A stretch of DNA of 64,000 bases from Candidatus Acetothermia bacterium. Its GTDB lineage: Bacteria > Bipolaricaulota > Bipolaricaulia > RBG-16-55-9 > JANLFV01. Shown here in pieces: positions 8,250-17,406 of this stretch. A program made the translations under genes and the position numbers. Location of the stretch: NCBI GenBank assembly GCA_024653345.1, contig JANLFV010000005.1, positions 790 through 64,789 on the forward strand, in the 5' to 3' direction. How positions within the stretch are numbered: the stretch's first letter is position 1; every line of letters starts with the position of its first letter. Under the pieces are notes generated by a model. It was not told where the DNA came from. It was given only the letters and a program-made list of their open reading frames with translations, and made no database searches.

Positions 8250-10021
8250 CCTTTCCTCCTCGCAATCCGCCAGCTCGGCCGCTCATGCCGGATCGATTCT
8301 AGCACCAGCGCGAGCAGCCCCCCGAGCGCCAGATACTCCCAGAGCGGCCGGAGCGCGCTCCGCTCGTGGGTGAGCCCCGCGAGGGCGCTCCCGCTCGGGG
8401 CGTCGAGCGGCTCGCCCGGCTCCGACTCCGCCGGTGCTAGGTTGACCGCGAGATAGCTGCTTCCGCGCGGGGAGTCGAGCCGGTAGAGCCCGGGAAGCTC
8501 GGGGATCAGTGCCTCCCCGGCTCGAGAGGTCTTCCCACGGGGATCGGTTACCTCGACCGCCGTCTCGAGCGGCAGGGGCTCCCCGACCTCGTGGTAGGCC
8601 AGGGCTTCGCCCCCGGCCAGTGGCGGGAGGAGCCAGCCGAGCAGGTTCTTCATCAGGATCGGGAAATCGACTGTAAGCACCAGGTTGGACCAGCGGAGGT
8701 CGAAGGCGATGAAGCAGATCCGCTGGGCCTCCAGCCGCTTGAGGTAGATCAAGGGGAGGCCCGCAGCGCTCAGCAGGACCTCGCCGCCGGAGGGCAGGCT
8801 CGCCCGGGCGGCCCTGGCCACGGCCAGCGAGCCGGGCTCGACCCCTGCGAGGAGCGGGTGCGCGGCGGCTCGGGGCGGCGAGCTGATCTCCTCCAGCCCG
8901 AGCAACTGGACGAGCGGGGGATAGGAGGCGTTGACTAAGAGGATATTCCCCTTGAGGTCTGCGGGGACCTCGGCACCGTTGGCGACGATGAGGTCGAACT
9001 CCCCGTCCCCGGGATCGCGGGTGATGGCGAACTCCCCCGCGGCCAGGAGCGCCCCGCGGAGGAAGCGGTCGTCCCTCCCCAGCCAGAGGACGCGCCGCTC
9101 GAGCGGCGGGAAGGCGAAGTATCGCCGATCGTCCCAGGGGAAGTCGTCCCCGGCCTCGAGGGCCGCGGTAGCAGTTCGCGGCAATGGGCCGGGATGGGAG
9201 AGTGCGAGCGCGCGGCCGCTGTGAGCGGCGAGGGCAATCCTCTCGGAGAAGATCGGGGCGCCATCGGCCGAGATCGTGAGGACCGGCTCGGCCGGCTCGT
9301 CGGTGTAGTTCTCCGCCCGGACGAAGACGGAGTAGCCGCTTCCCGGCTCGGGCTCGGGGCGGATGGCGAAGGCGCTCAGGGCCAGGTTCGCGGCCGGCTC
9401 GCCCAGGCCGATTACCTCGAGCGGGAGGCTCTCCCCCGCCCCGCGAACCGGGTGGTCCGTGAGGTAGAAGATCCGGCTGAAGTCGGCGAGCGGCCCCTGG
9501 CTCTGGAGGAGTTGCCAGATCTGCTCGAGCGAGGCGTCCCCTTCGAGGGTCGGACGAGAGGAGCCGAGGGCCTCCCGAGCACGGCGCTTCTCCTGAGTGA
9601 GCGGCACGAGCAGCCTCGGCCGCCGCTGGGCCTGGATCAGGGTCAGCTCCCCCGCGGCTGAGTCGAGCAGCTCGAGCGCCCGCTCGACCGCTAGCTCGTA
9701 GCGGCTCACCCCCCCGCGGGAGACCTGCATGCTCGCGCTCCCGTCGATGATGATCGCCAGCCTTCCCGAGAGCCCCGCGCTGTAGTAGGCGGGGTTGGCG
9801 ATCGCCAGGATCAGGAGCGTGAGGGCCGCGAGCTGGAGGAGGAGGAGCCAGAGGGAGCGGCGGACGAAGAGCAGGGCCCGTCTCCCCCGCGCCTCGATCT
9901 CCTGCCAGAGGAAGAGGGCTGAGACGCGATACGGCTCCGCCCGCCGGCGGAGAAAGTAGGCCACGACCACCACCGCGGCGAGCGCGAAGAGGTAGAGCGC
10001 CCAAGGACTGAGGAAGGTCAT
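8246..10021 (-). CDS. BatA-type N-terminal domain plus vWA protein
   Basis: MTFLSPW...VSALFLW...LLLLLQL BatA-like start, IIDGSASM MIDAS motif, C-terminal TM helix. Confidence 0.85.
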   Translation of the reverse strand: MTFLSPWALYLFALAAVVVVAYFLRRRAEPYRVSALFLWQEIEARGRRALLFVRRSLWLLLLQLAALTLLILAIANPAYYSAGLSGRLAIIIDGSASMQVSRGGVSRYELAVERALELLDSAAGELTLIQAQRRPRLLVPLTQEKRRAREALGSSRPTLEGDASLEQIWQLLQSQGPLADFSRIFYLTDHPVRGAGESLPLEVIGLGEPAANLALSAFAIRPEPEPGSGYSVFVRAENYTDEPAEPVLTISADGAPIFSERIALAAHSGRALALSHPGPLPRTATAALEAGDDFPWDDRRYFAFPPLERRVLWLGRDDRFLRGALLAAGEFAITRDPGDGEFDLIVANGAEVPADLKGNILLVNASYPPLVQLLGLEEISSPPRAAAHPLLAGVEPGSLAVARAARASLPSGGEVLLSAAGLPLIYLKRLEAQRICFIAFDLRWSNLVLTVDFPILMKNLLGWLLPPLAGGEALAYHEVGEPLPLETAVEVTDPRGKTSRAGEALIPELPGLYRLDSPRGSSYLAVNLAPAESEPGEPLDAPSGSALAGLTHERSALRPLWEYLALGGLLALVLESIRHERPSWRIARRKG

Positions 10022-10887
10022 CGCACGACCCTCCTCTCCCCCAGCATCTCGAAGATCGCGCTCTCGAGGGGGGTGGTGACGGGGAGGCGGAGATACTCGA
10101 TCTTATGGGCGAGGCAGAACTGCTCCAGGCTCTGGAGATAGGCCCGGAGCAGCTCCTGATAGGCCCTGATCGCCCGCTCGTCCATCTCCAGCTCGAACGG
10201 CCGCCCTCCCTCCTCGGCGTCCTCGAGCCGGACGGCCCCCTGAGGGCGGGGCTCGAGGTCCTCGCTCGCGAGGAGTTGAAGGATGATCACGGTGAACCGC
10301 CTGTAGAGGAGGTGGGAGAGGCCGCGCTCGTAGCCCTGCGGCGTGAGCATGTCGCTCAACAGGACGAGGAGCCCCGGCTCGCGTCGCTGGGCGGCGAAGC
10401 CCTCGAGCGCCCCGTCCAGGTCGGTCCGGCCGCCCGGCCTCACTCCCTCGAGGTAGCGGAAGAGCTGGAAGATCTGGCGCGGGCCGGAGTGGGGCGGCAG
10501 GCCCCCCTCGACCCTGGAGGCGAAAGGATAGGCCCCGACCCGGTCGAGCTCCTTCAGCCCGAGGTAGCCGAGCGCCGCGGCCAGCCGGAGCCCGTAGAGG
10601 AGCTTCCCGCCGATCTCCATCGAGCTGCTCTTGTCGATCAAGAGGTAGATCGGGAGGTCCTGCTCCCGGGTGAAGACCTTGATCAGCAGCCGGTCGAGGC
10701 GGCCGTAGACCTTCCAGTCAACATAGCGGAAGTCATCGCCGGGCGAGTATTCCTTGTAATCGGTGAACTCCAGGCTCATCCCCGCCCGCGGGGCATGGTG
10801 GGTCCCGCCCGGCCGGCCGCGCGGCTGGGTCTTCACCATGAGCCGGAGCCGCTCCAGCCTCTTCAGGAACTGCTCATCTAAGAGCAT
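10018..10887 (-). CDS. DUF58 domain protein (MoxR partner)
   Basis: EFTDYKEYSPGDDFRYVDWK and LLIDKSSSM motifs. Confidence 0.9.
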   Translation of the reverse strand: MLLDEQFLKRLERLRLMVKTQPRGRPGGTHHAPRAGMSLEFTDYKEYSPGDDFRYVDWKVYGRLDRLLIKVFTREQDLPIYLLIDKSSSMEIGGKLLYGLRLAAALGYLGLKELDRVGAYPFASRVEGGLPPHSGPRQIFQLFRYLEGVRPGGRTDLDGALEGFAAQRREPGLLVLLSDMLTPQGYERGLSHLLYRRFTVIILQLLASEDLEPRPQGAVRLEDAEEGGRPFELEMDERAIRAYQELLRAYLQSLEQFCLAHKIEYLRLPVTTPLESAIFEMLGERRVVR

Positions 10888-11869
10888 CGACCTCCACCCT
10901 CCGCAGGACCTCGTCCAGGACCTCTTCCGGGGAGACCCCGGCGGCCTCGCCCTTGAAGCTGAGGATCACCCGGTGATTGAGGCTGGGGGCGAAGACGGCG
11001 CGAATGTCCTCCAGGCCAACATTCACCTCGCCGGCGAGGAAGGCGTGGGCCTTGGCCCCCGCGATCAGGCTGATCCCGCCCCGCGGGCTCGCGCCATACT
11101 CGACATACTCCCGGACCGCGGGCGGCGCGAGCTCGGAGTCGGGATGCGTGGCGTGGACCAGGGCGCTAGCGTAGCGGTAGAGCTGCTCGGGGACGGGGAA
11201 GGCGGCCACGATCTCCCGGGCCGCGAGGACCTCCTCGCGGGAGAGGACCTCCCTCGCAGAGTAAGGGGCGCCGGAGGTGTTCCGAACGATGATCTCCTCC
11301 AGCTCCCCCAGGTCGGGATAGGCGAGCTTGAGCTTGAAGAAGAACCGGTCGACCTGGGCCTCGGGGAGCGGATAGGTCCCCTCCATCTCGATCGGGTTCT
11401 GGGTGGCGAGGACGACGAACGGCTCCTCCAGCTCGTGGGTGTTGTTCCCCACGGTCACGGACCGCTCCTGCATCGCCTCGAGCAGTGCCGACTGGGTCTT
11501 GGGCGTGGCCCGGTTGATCTCGTCCGCGAGGATGAGGTGGGCGAAGAGCGGGCCGCGGGCGAACTCGAAATGGCGCCTCCCGGCCTCGTCCTCCATCAGC
11601 AGCAGCGTCCCCGTGATGTCCGCCGGCATCAGGTCCGGGGTGAACTGGATCCGGGAGAACTCCAGCCCGAGCGCCCGCGCGAGAGTCCTCACTAGGAGGG
11701 TCTTCCCCAGCCCGGGCACCCCCTCGAGCAGGGCATGGCCCTGACAGAGGAGGCAGATCAGCACCCCCTCGATCACCGCGTCGTGGCCGACGATCACCCG
11801 CCCGATCTCCTCGCGGAGCTCCTGGAACATCCTCTGTGTCCGCTGCAGGACTTGCTCGTCGATCATCAT
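10874..11869 (-). CDS. moxR: MoxR-family AAA+ ATPase
   Basis: GHALLEGVPGLGKT, RIQFTPDLMPADITG, DEINRATPKTQSALLEAMQE and ATQNPIEMEGTYPLPEAQVDRF. True start is the ATG at 11869. Confidence 0.95.
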   Translation of the reverse strand: MMIDEQVLQRTQRMFQELREEIGRVIVGHDAVIEGVLICLLCQGHALLEGVPGLGKTLLVRTLARALGLEFSRIQFTPDLMPADITGTLLLMEDEAGRRHFEFARGPLFAHLILADEINRATPKTQSALLEAMQERSVTVGNNTHELEEPFVVLATQNPIEMEGTYPLPEAQVDRFFFKLKLAYPDLGELEEIIVRNTSGAPYSAREVLSREEVLAAREIVAAFPVPEQLYRYASALVHATHPDSELAPPAVREYVEYGASPRGGISLIAGAKAHAFLAGEVNVGLEDIRAVFAPSLNHRVILSFKGEAAGVSPEEVLDEVLRRVEVDALR

Positions 11870-13218
11870 TCCTCCGTGATGATAAGAAAATACTGCTTGA
11901 CCGTCTCCTGGACCTCTTCCGGGACATTCCGCGATTCGAGGATCGCGATCACCCTCTGGAGGTTCAGCCTTAGGGTCGCGGGAGCCTCCGCGCCCCCGGC
12001 CTCGAAGGGCGTCCCTCGGGTGAGCAACTGCTCGACCTCCCCCCATTCGCCCAGCTCGCCGGAGATGTGCAATTCCCTCGTCCCCGAGGGCCAACTGAGC
12101 GGCAAGGGCTCGCCCGCGGGCCAGCTGCCCCGGCTCGTCCCGGCCTCCTCGCCGCCCTCCTGGCTGCCCTCAGTCGGCGGCTCGCCCGACCCCTCTCCCT
12201 CGGGCGAGGCGCCGCTCCCCTCCTCCTCGCCGCGGCTGGCCGATGCCGGCCCCGCGAGCTGAAGGGACCGCTCGAGCTCCTCATCTGCCTTGGCCAGGCT
12301 CTCGGCCAGGGCCTGGGCCGCCGCCAGGTTCTGCTGTGCCTCGGGCCTGCCGAGCTCAGGGAGCCGCTGGAGCAGGTCCTTGAGGAGCCCGCCGGTGAGG
12401 CGGCTCGCCAGGCGGCCCAGCTCGGCCTGAAGCTCGGCTCGCTCCGCCTGCCCCGCCCCCTCCTCCTCGCCCTCGCGCGCCGCCGGCGAGGAGAGGGCCT
12501 GCGAGAGCCGCTCGAGGATCTCCCCTCTGAGGGCCTGATCGGTCGAGGGGCCCCAGAGCTCCTCCTCCAACTGCTCCTGGAGCTCCCGCGCCCGCGCGCC
12601 CCTCTCCTGGAACACCTCCGGTCGGCGCTCGAGCGCGAGTGCGGCCAGCTCTTCCTCCAACTCCGCCGCTTGCTCCTCGAGGGCCGCGAGCTTCCGCTCG
12701 AGGGCCTCCTGTCCCCCCCGCTCGACCGCCCGCTCCTCGGCCGTTGGCCAGGGGGCGATCTCCCTCGGCAGGCCCAGGAGCAGGGTGGCCAAGATCAGGG
12801 CAGTCGGCAGGAGCCAGCTCCTCCTCCGCGCGAGGGGCACGGCCCGCGCCACCTCGAGCCGCGGCGGAAGCCGGGCCGTCAGAAGGGGAATGAACTCCGC
12901 CGGCCCGCGGCCCCGCGCGAGCTCATAGAGCGCGGAGAGCCGCTCATGGAGCCCCAGGCGGCGGTCGGCCTGGAAGAGGGCCCGCGGCAGATCGACCTTC
13001 TGGAGGTAGGACCAGAGGAAGCCCGCGAGGCCCACGAGCAGATTAGCAAAGACGAGCCAGTAAGGCTCGATCGCCCCGACGAGCCCGAGGAGCCGGAGCG
13101 CCTGATAGCCGAGAGTGAGGGAAAGAGTGGCGCTCAAAGAGCGGCCGGCCCCCTCGAGCCCCCGGGCCAGGCGGGCCCGGCGCTCGATGCTCAGGACAAG
13201 CTCTTGGAACCGCTCCAT
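11866..13218 (-). CDS. Membrane-anchored coiled-coil protein of the MoxR locus
   Basis: N-terminal TM helices, ADRRLGLHERLS, long E/Q/A coiled coil, G/E/S-rich linker, C-terminal VPEEVQETVKQYF. Confidence 0.7.
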   Translation of the reverse strand: MERFQELVLSIERRARLARGLEGAGRSLSATLSLTLGYQALRLLGLVGAIEPYWLVFANLLVGLAGFLWSYLQKVDLPRALFQADRRLGLHERLSALYELARGRGPAEFIPLLTARLPPRLEVARAVPLARRRSWLLPTALILATLLLGLPREIAPWPTAEERAVERGGQEALERKLAALEEQAAELEEELAALALERRPEVFQERGARARELQEQLEEELWGPSTDQALRGEILERLSQALSSPAAREGEEEGAGQAERAELQAELGRLASRLTGGLLKDLLQRLPELGRPEAQQNLAAAQALAESLAKADEELERSLQLAGPASASRGEEEGSGASPEGEGSGEPPTEGSQEGGEEAGTSRGSWPAGEPLPLSWPSGTRELHISGELGEWGEVEQLLTRGTPFEAGGAEAPATLRLNLQRVIAILESRNVPEEVQETVKQYFLIITEE

Positions 13219-13856
13219 CGCTTGATCCTCCTTCGCGCGAACAGGAGCGAAGCTCCGCCGAGGGCCACCAGCAGCAGCGGCCCCGCAACTGATTCTACCG
13301 GATAGCCGTGGCCCTGCAGCAGGAGCCCGAGGTTGAAGAACGGGCTCCCCGCAGGCCAGAAGAAGGTCCCCCCGAGATAGGCGAGGAAGCCGAGATACTT
13401 GAGCTGGAACTGCGCTGTCTCCGAGGGGAGGGTCGCCAGGAGGAGCCCGAAGGCCGCCCAGGCCCAGCCGTAGGCCGAGAGGTAGGCCGCGCTGGAGATG
13501 ATCGCCGCAGGCCGGGCGTAGGCCCCGGCCTTGAAGATCAGCCAGAAGGGGGCGGTGAGCAGGAGCCCCAGGCCGAGCTGGGAGGAGATGTGGGCCAGGT
13601 ATCGCCCGAAGCGGCCTTGGAATCGGCCCCGCCAGCCCTGCTCTCTCTGGCCGACCTGGAGGGCGAAGATCCCGAAGGCCACCAGCAGCGTCCCGGCGAA
13701 GAAGGGGACGGGCTCCCAGTCCGAGCTGATCAGCTCCCCGATCCGCCGGCTCGGGGGGAGCGTCAGGATCGTGACCGCGCCCAGGAGAGCCGTAAGGCCG
13801 AGATAGAGGGCCCAGTTCAGCCGGTTCACTAAGTAGCCCATCTCTTTGCGCGCCAT
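13191..13856 (-). CDS. Multi-pass membrane protein (ABC-2 permease-like)
   Basis: About six hydrophobic segments. Abuts both neighbours in the operon. Confidence 0.6.
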   Translation of the reverse strand: MARKEMGYLVNRLNWALYLGLTALLGAVTILTLPPSRRIGELISSDWEPVPFFAGTLLVAFGIFALQVGQREQGWRGRFQGRFGRYLAHISSQLGLGLLLTAPFWLIFKAGAYARPAAIISSAAYLSAYGWAWAAFGLLLATLPSETAQFQLKYLGFLAYLGGTFFWPAGSPFFNLGLLLQGHGYPVESVAGPLLLVALGGASLLFARRRIKRWSGSKSLS

Positions 13857-15551
13857 TCAGGCGTCCTCCTCGATGGCCACGATGCAGGCCGCTTGGCGCT
13901 CCTCCGCCGCGGCCTGAGAGAAGGTCCCCGGCGGGGCGCAACGGCAGAGGAGCGCCCGCTCACCGCGCAGCCCCTCCCTGGCCTTGGCGTAGAGCTGGGC
14001 GCGGACCGGCTCGGTCGGCCAGCGGGCCTCCGGCCCCACCTCGCGCTCCGTTGTCTCGTGAGGCCCGAGATCGCCGAAGAGAAACGCTTTTCCTCCCAGG
14101 AGAACGAGGCAGTCCGAGAGGCTGAGCGGGGTGAGGTTCTTCGCGATCGCCCGTCCTCCGGCGACCCTCAGGCTGGCCAGGTCCCCGCTCATCCTCTCCA
14201 GGTAGAGCGAGCGCGCCTGCCAGGCCTCCATCTTGAACAAGGCCCTCAGCTTGTCCTCCTCCCGGAGGAAGATGAGATCGTAGAGGTGGTCTCCTCGTTC
14301 CTCGGGGAGGGCCTGCTCCAGCTGGCCATCGGCGATCTCCGCTTCCACCTCGAGTTCCGCCCCGGCCTTGGCGAAGAGCCCGAGCCAGGCCGAGTGGACC
14401 GTCGCGCCCCCTAGGTCGTGGAAGAGGTCGAGCTCCAGGCCGAGGAGCGGCTTGGCGAACTCCGGGCGGTCGAGATACCGCGCGGTGAGAACCATCACAC
14501 CCGCGACCCAGAGGAGGACGAGCGGGCTCCAGCGGGGGCGATGCAAGGCGGCCCAGCCGAAGAGGGCCAGCCCGCCGAGGTAGAGCGAATAGATCCCGAT
14601 GAGTGTGAGCTTCGAGGGGAAGGGGAGGCGGAGCTGGCTGAGGAGCTCGCCCGCGAGGCGCGGCGCCTCATGATCGACCGACGCGCCCTTCTCTTCCCCG
14701 CTGAGGGCCTTCCAGAAGGCCTCGTCCACCGGGTCGGTCAGGGGATTGACGGTGGAGAAGAGGACTCGTCCCCGCCCCCGCGCCGCCGCGACGAGAATTG
14801 CTGATCCCTCCTGATAGAGGACTTCACCGCGCGGTTCACCGAGGACGACCGGGCGGCCCTCCCGCTCCCCGAGCCCCGTGGGGGCGAAGGGGATGAGCTC
14901 GCGCAGTGCGGGAGTGTCCTGAAAATACCAGTTGTCACCCCCGAGGACCACCAGCTCGCCGCCCCACTCGATCCAGCGGACGAGCGCCTCCCACTGGGGG
15001 CGGGAGAGCCCGGCCGGGTTGAGCCGAGCGAGGTAGATCCGCCTCACGCCCGCAAGCCCCGGCCACTCGCTCGGCAGGCTCTCGGGCTCGATCTGGAGCG
15101 GCAGCTCGCCCGAGGGGAGGGCGTTGGGAAAGGGGGAGTCCCCCAGGGCCAGGGTGAGCGGCTCCTCGGAGAACCGGCCCTTCAGGCTGATCTCCTGCTC
15201 ATGGACGACCTGGCCGCCGGCGAGGACGGTGATCGAGAGAGGGTAGATATAGCCTCGGACGAGGAAAGTGAGCGAGAACCGCTTCTTTGTCCTGCCCGCC
15301 AGCTCGAAGGGGAGGATCAGCCGCTCCTCAGTCGCCCCCTGCCAAGGGCTCTTCACCTCTTGAGCGATGATGATCTGGCCCTGGAGCGCCGGGCCCCGGC
15401 TCTGCAGTGTGATCCAGATGGGCGTGGGGCAGTCGGGATGGTAATAGCCGTTGAAGCCGAAGTCAGTCTCCACATCCACCTGGGCGGCCAGCGGCGAGCT
15501 CGCGACTAGGCAGATCAAGAGCGCTAACCCCAGAGGTCTCATAAAGGTCAC
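13857..15551 (-). CDS. Signal-peptide-bearing membrane protein of the MoxR locus
   Basis: Signal peptide, GFNGYY...TPIWI and ALVRWIEWGGELVVLGG segments, two central TM helices. Confidence 0.7.
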   Translation of the reverse strand: MTFMRPLGLALLICLVASSPLAAQVDVETDFGFNGYYHPDCPTPIWITLQSRGPALQGQIIIAQEVKSPWQGATEERLILPFELAGRTKKRFSLTFLVRGYIYPLSITVLAGGQVVHEQEISLKGRFSEEPLTLALGDSPFPNALPSGELPLQIEPESLPSEWPGLAGVRRIYLARLNPAGLSRPQWEALVRWIEWGGELVVLGGDNWYFQDTPALRELIPFAPTGLGEREGRPVVLGEPRGEVLYQEGSAILVAAARGRGRVLFSTVNPLTDPVDEAFWKALSGEEKGASVDHEAPRLAGELLSQLRLPFPSKLTLIGIYSLYLGGLALFGWAALHRPRWSPLVLLWVAGVMVLTARYLDRPEFAKPLLGLELDLFHDLGGATVHSAWLGLFAKAGAELEVEAEIADGQLEQALPEERGDHLYDLIFLREEDKLRALFKMEAWQARSLYLERMSGDLASLRVAGGRAIAKNLTPLSLSDCLVLLGGKAFLFGDLGPHETTEREVGPEARWPTEPVRAQLYAKAREGLRGERALLCRCAPPGTFSQAAAEERQAACIVAIEEDA

Positions 15552-15589
15552 GGAGATGATACCCCCGCCTGACCATCTCTTGACAGCCG

Positions 15590-16363
15590 CTACCAGCGGC
15601 CGCCGGCCCCGCCGCCCCCGGCGTGCCCCCCGCCGAACCCGCCGAAGCCCCGCCCGCCAAAACCCCCGCCGATCCGCCCGCCTCCCCCCGAGCCGGTCCC
15701 CCCGGACCAGAAGATCCAGGGGAAGGGCGAGGGTCGGCCGATGCTCCGCCGGCGGGAGAACAGCCAGTAGAGGATGATGAAGATGATCACGAGCACGATC
15801 AGGGCGCTCTTCAGGTTCGCCCCGGGGCCCTCCCCCAGGCCCTCGCCTGGGGCGAGGCCGGTCAGCTCGACCCCCGCGTCCTGGGCGATGATCGCCGCGA
15901 AGGCCTCTACCCCCCTCCTGATCCCCCCGGAGTAGTCCTCAAGCTTGAAGTAGGGCAGGATGTCCCTGTCGCGGACCTCGCCGACCTTCCCGTCGGGCAG
16001 GATCCCCTCAAGGCCGTAGCCGGTGAAGATGTGCATCGCCCGGTCCTCGGTGGCCGCGACGATCAGCAGCCCGTTGTCCTTCCCCTCCGCCCCGATCTTC
16101 CACCGGTCGAAGACCGCCATCCCGTAGTCGAAGATGTCCAAGGGAGAGGTCGTCTTGACGGTGAGGACCGCGATCTCGGCGGTCGTCTTCTCCTCCAGCT
16201 CCCTCAGGAGGCCATTCAGATACGCTTCGACCGGCTCCTCGATCACCCCGGCGTAGTCCGAGATGTAGTCGATCGGCTCCGGGATGGCGGCTTCCTGGGG
16301 AGAGCCGAGGAGCGGGAGGAAGAGGATGAGCGCTCCGATGATCAGGGCCATTCTGCAGCGCAT
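15590..16363 (-). CDS. TPM domain protein (YgcG-like)
   Basis: YISDYAGVI, WKIGAEGKDNGLLI, TGYGLEGILPD and a Gly-rich tail GGFGGGHAGGGGAGGRW. Confidence 0.92.
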   Translation of the reverse strand: MRCRMALIIGALILFLPLLGSPQEAAIPEPIDYISDYAGVIEEPVEAYLNGLLRELEEKTTAEIAVLTVKTTSPLDIFDYGMAVFDRWKIGAEGKDNGLLIVAATEDRAMHIFTGYGLEGILPDGKVGEVRDRDILPYFKLEDYSGGIRRGVEAFAAIIAQDAGVELTGLAPGEGLGEGPGANLKSALIVLVIIFIILYWLFSRRRSIGRPSPFPWIFWSGGTGSGGGGRIGGGFGGRGFGGFGGGHAGGGGAGGRW

Positions 16364-16365
16364 CT

Positions 16366-17109
16366 CTAGCCCTCTCCCCTGAAGAGGTGGTCGGCAGCCC
16401 GGGCGAGCTGGCGGACCTCGAGGAGATAACGCGAGAAGAGCCCGTTCAGCTCCGCGCGCCCGAAGCTGCGCAGCCCGAGCTTCAGTTGATAGGCTTGGCG
16501 GAAGGCGTCCAACTCCAGGCCGAAGGCCGCCTCGACCTGGGCCAGGATCTCGAGGAACTCGCGCGGCGGGATCGGGAAGCCCTTGAGCCGAAGGAGGGTC
16601 GAGAGCACGGCCGCGAAGGGGCTGAGGGAGCCGATGAGGACCCGCCGGAGTTGGCGCGTATCACCAGCGGCCTCGAGATAGGCCCGCCGGAGTTGCAACC
16701 ACTTCCCCTTCAGCTCCTGCTCGCACTGGAGGCGGAGGTTCTCCCGGGGGACCTCCAGCCGCGCGAGGGGGTCCTCCTCGCCCCACAGGAGGCGGTGCTG
16801 CTCCTGCATCTCCAGGAACTCGATGGGGAAGGAGTCCAGCGAGCTTCGGATATACTCCGGATCGAGGAAGAGCGGGCTGAGCCGGCTCTTCTGCCACCTC
16901 CTCATCCACCTGCCGGCCTTGGCCAGCTGAGGGGGCCCGACCTCCCGGAGGACGACCAACAGGTTCAGATCCGAGACTCCGGAGATCCACTCCGGCCCGA
17001 CGGCGCTCCCGTATAAGACTACCGCGAGCAGATCATCGCCGTAGAGGTCCCGGACCTCGCGAACGAAGCCCTCGAGAAGCCCCTGAGTCCGCGGATCGAG
17101 CTCGGCCAT
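16366..17109 (-). CDS. Nucleotidyltransferase-domain protein of the type found near lemA/TPM genes
   Basis: VVLYGSAVG...SDLNLLVVL, DSFPIEFLEM and LRLQCEQELKGK. Confidence 0.8.
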   Translation of the reverse strand: MAELDPRTQGLLEGFVREVRDLYGDDLLAVVLYGSAVGPEWISGVSDLNLLVVLREVGPPQLAKAGRWMRRWQKSRLSPLFLDPEYIRSSLDSFPIEFLEMQEQHRLLWGEEDPLARLEVPRENLRLQCEQELKGKWLQLRRAYLEAAGDTRQLRRVLIGSLSPFAAVLSTLLRLKGFPIPPREFLEILAQVEAAFGLELDAFRQAYQLKLGLRSFGRAELNGLFSRYLLEVRQLARAADHLFRGEG

Positions 17110-17118
17110 CTCAATGAG

Positions 17119-17147
17119 CTTATACTGAATGGCTTGCGCCCTGTCAA
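17119..17147 (-). promoter_or_regulatory. Sigma70 promoter for the nucleotidyltransferase-TPM-MoxR operon (near-leaderless)
   Basis: TTGACA-17 nt-TATAAG, 9 nt before the ATG at 17109. Confidence 0.65.
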
Positions 17148-17406
17148 AGGCGGGGAGCGGACGGCTGAGCGTGAGACATGCCTCGTCAACTGCCCTAAGC
17201 GATAGCGACATAAAAGCGATGGCCGATGCCCCTCGTCCTGCACTTGACTTTCTCCGCAGTTGAGATTATACTCTTGGTCGAGATCAACTAGCCGGAGGTG
17301 ATGGTCGGTAAACCTCTGAGTTGCCCATCCGCGCTATTCCTCTGCTCAGGGACTGATTCGCTTGCCTTCATCGCCTCGGATGGATGAGGCAGAGAGAGGG
17401 ATCAGG

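Noticed and set aside
5980..13305. Long alternative-frame and antisense ORFs (e.g. 6756..8456, 8283..10004, 12067..13305), and similar ones elsewhere
   Set aside because: Stop-poor shadows of high-GC genes, R/P/G-rich and without recognisable motifs.
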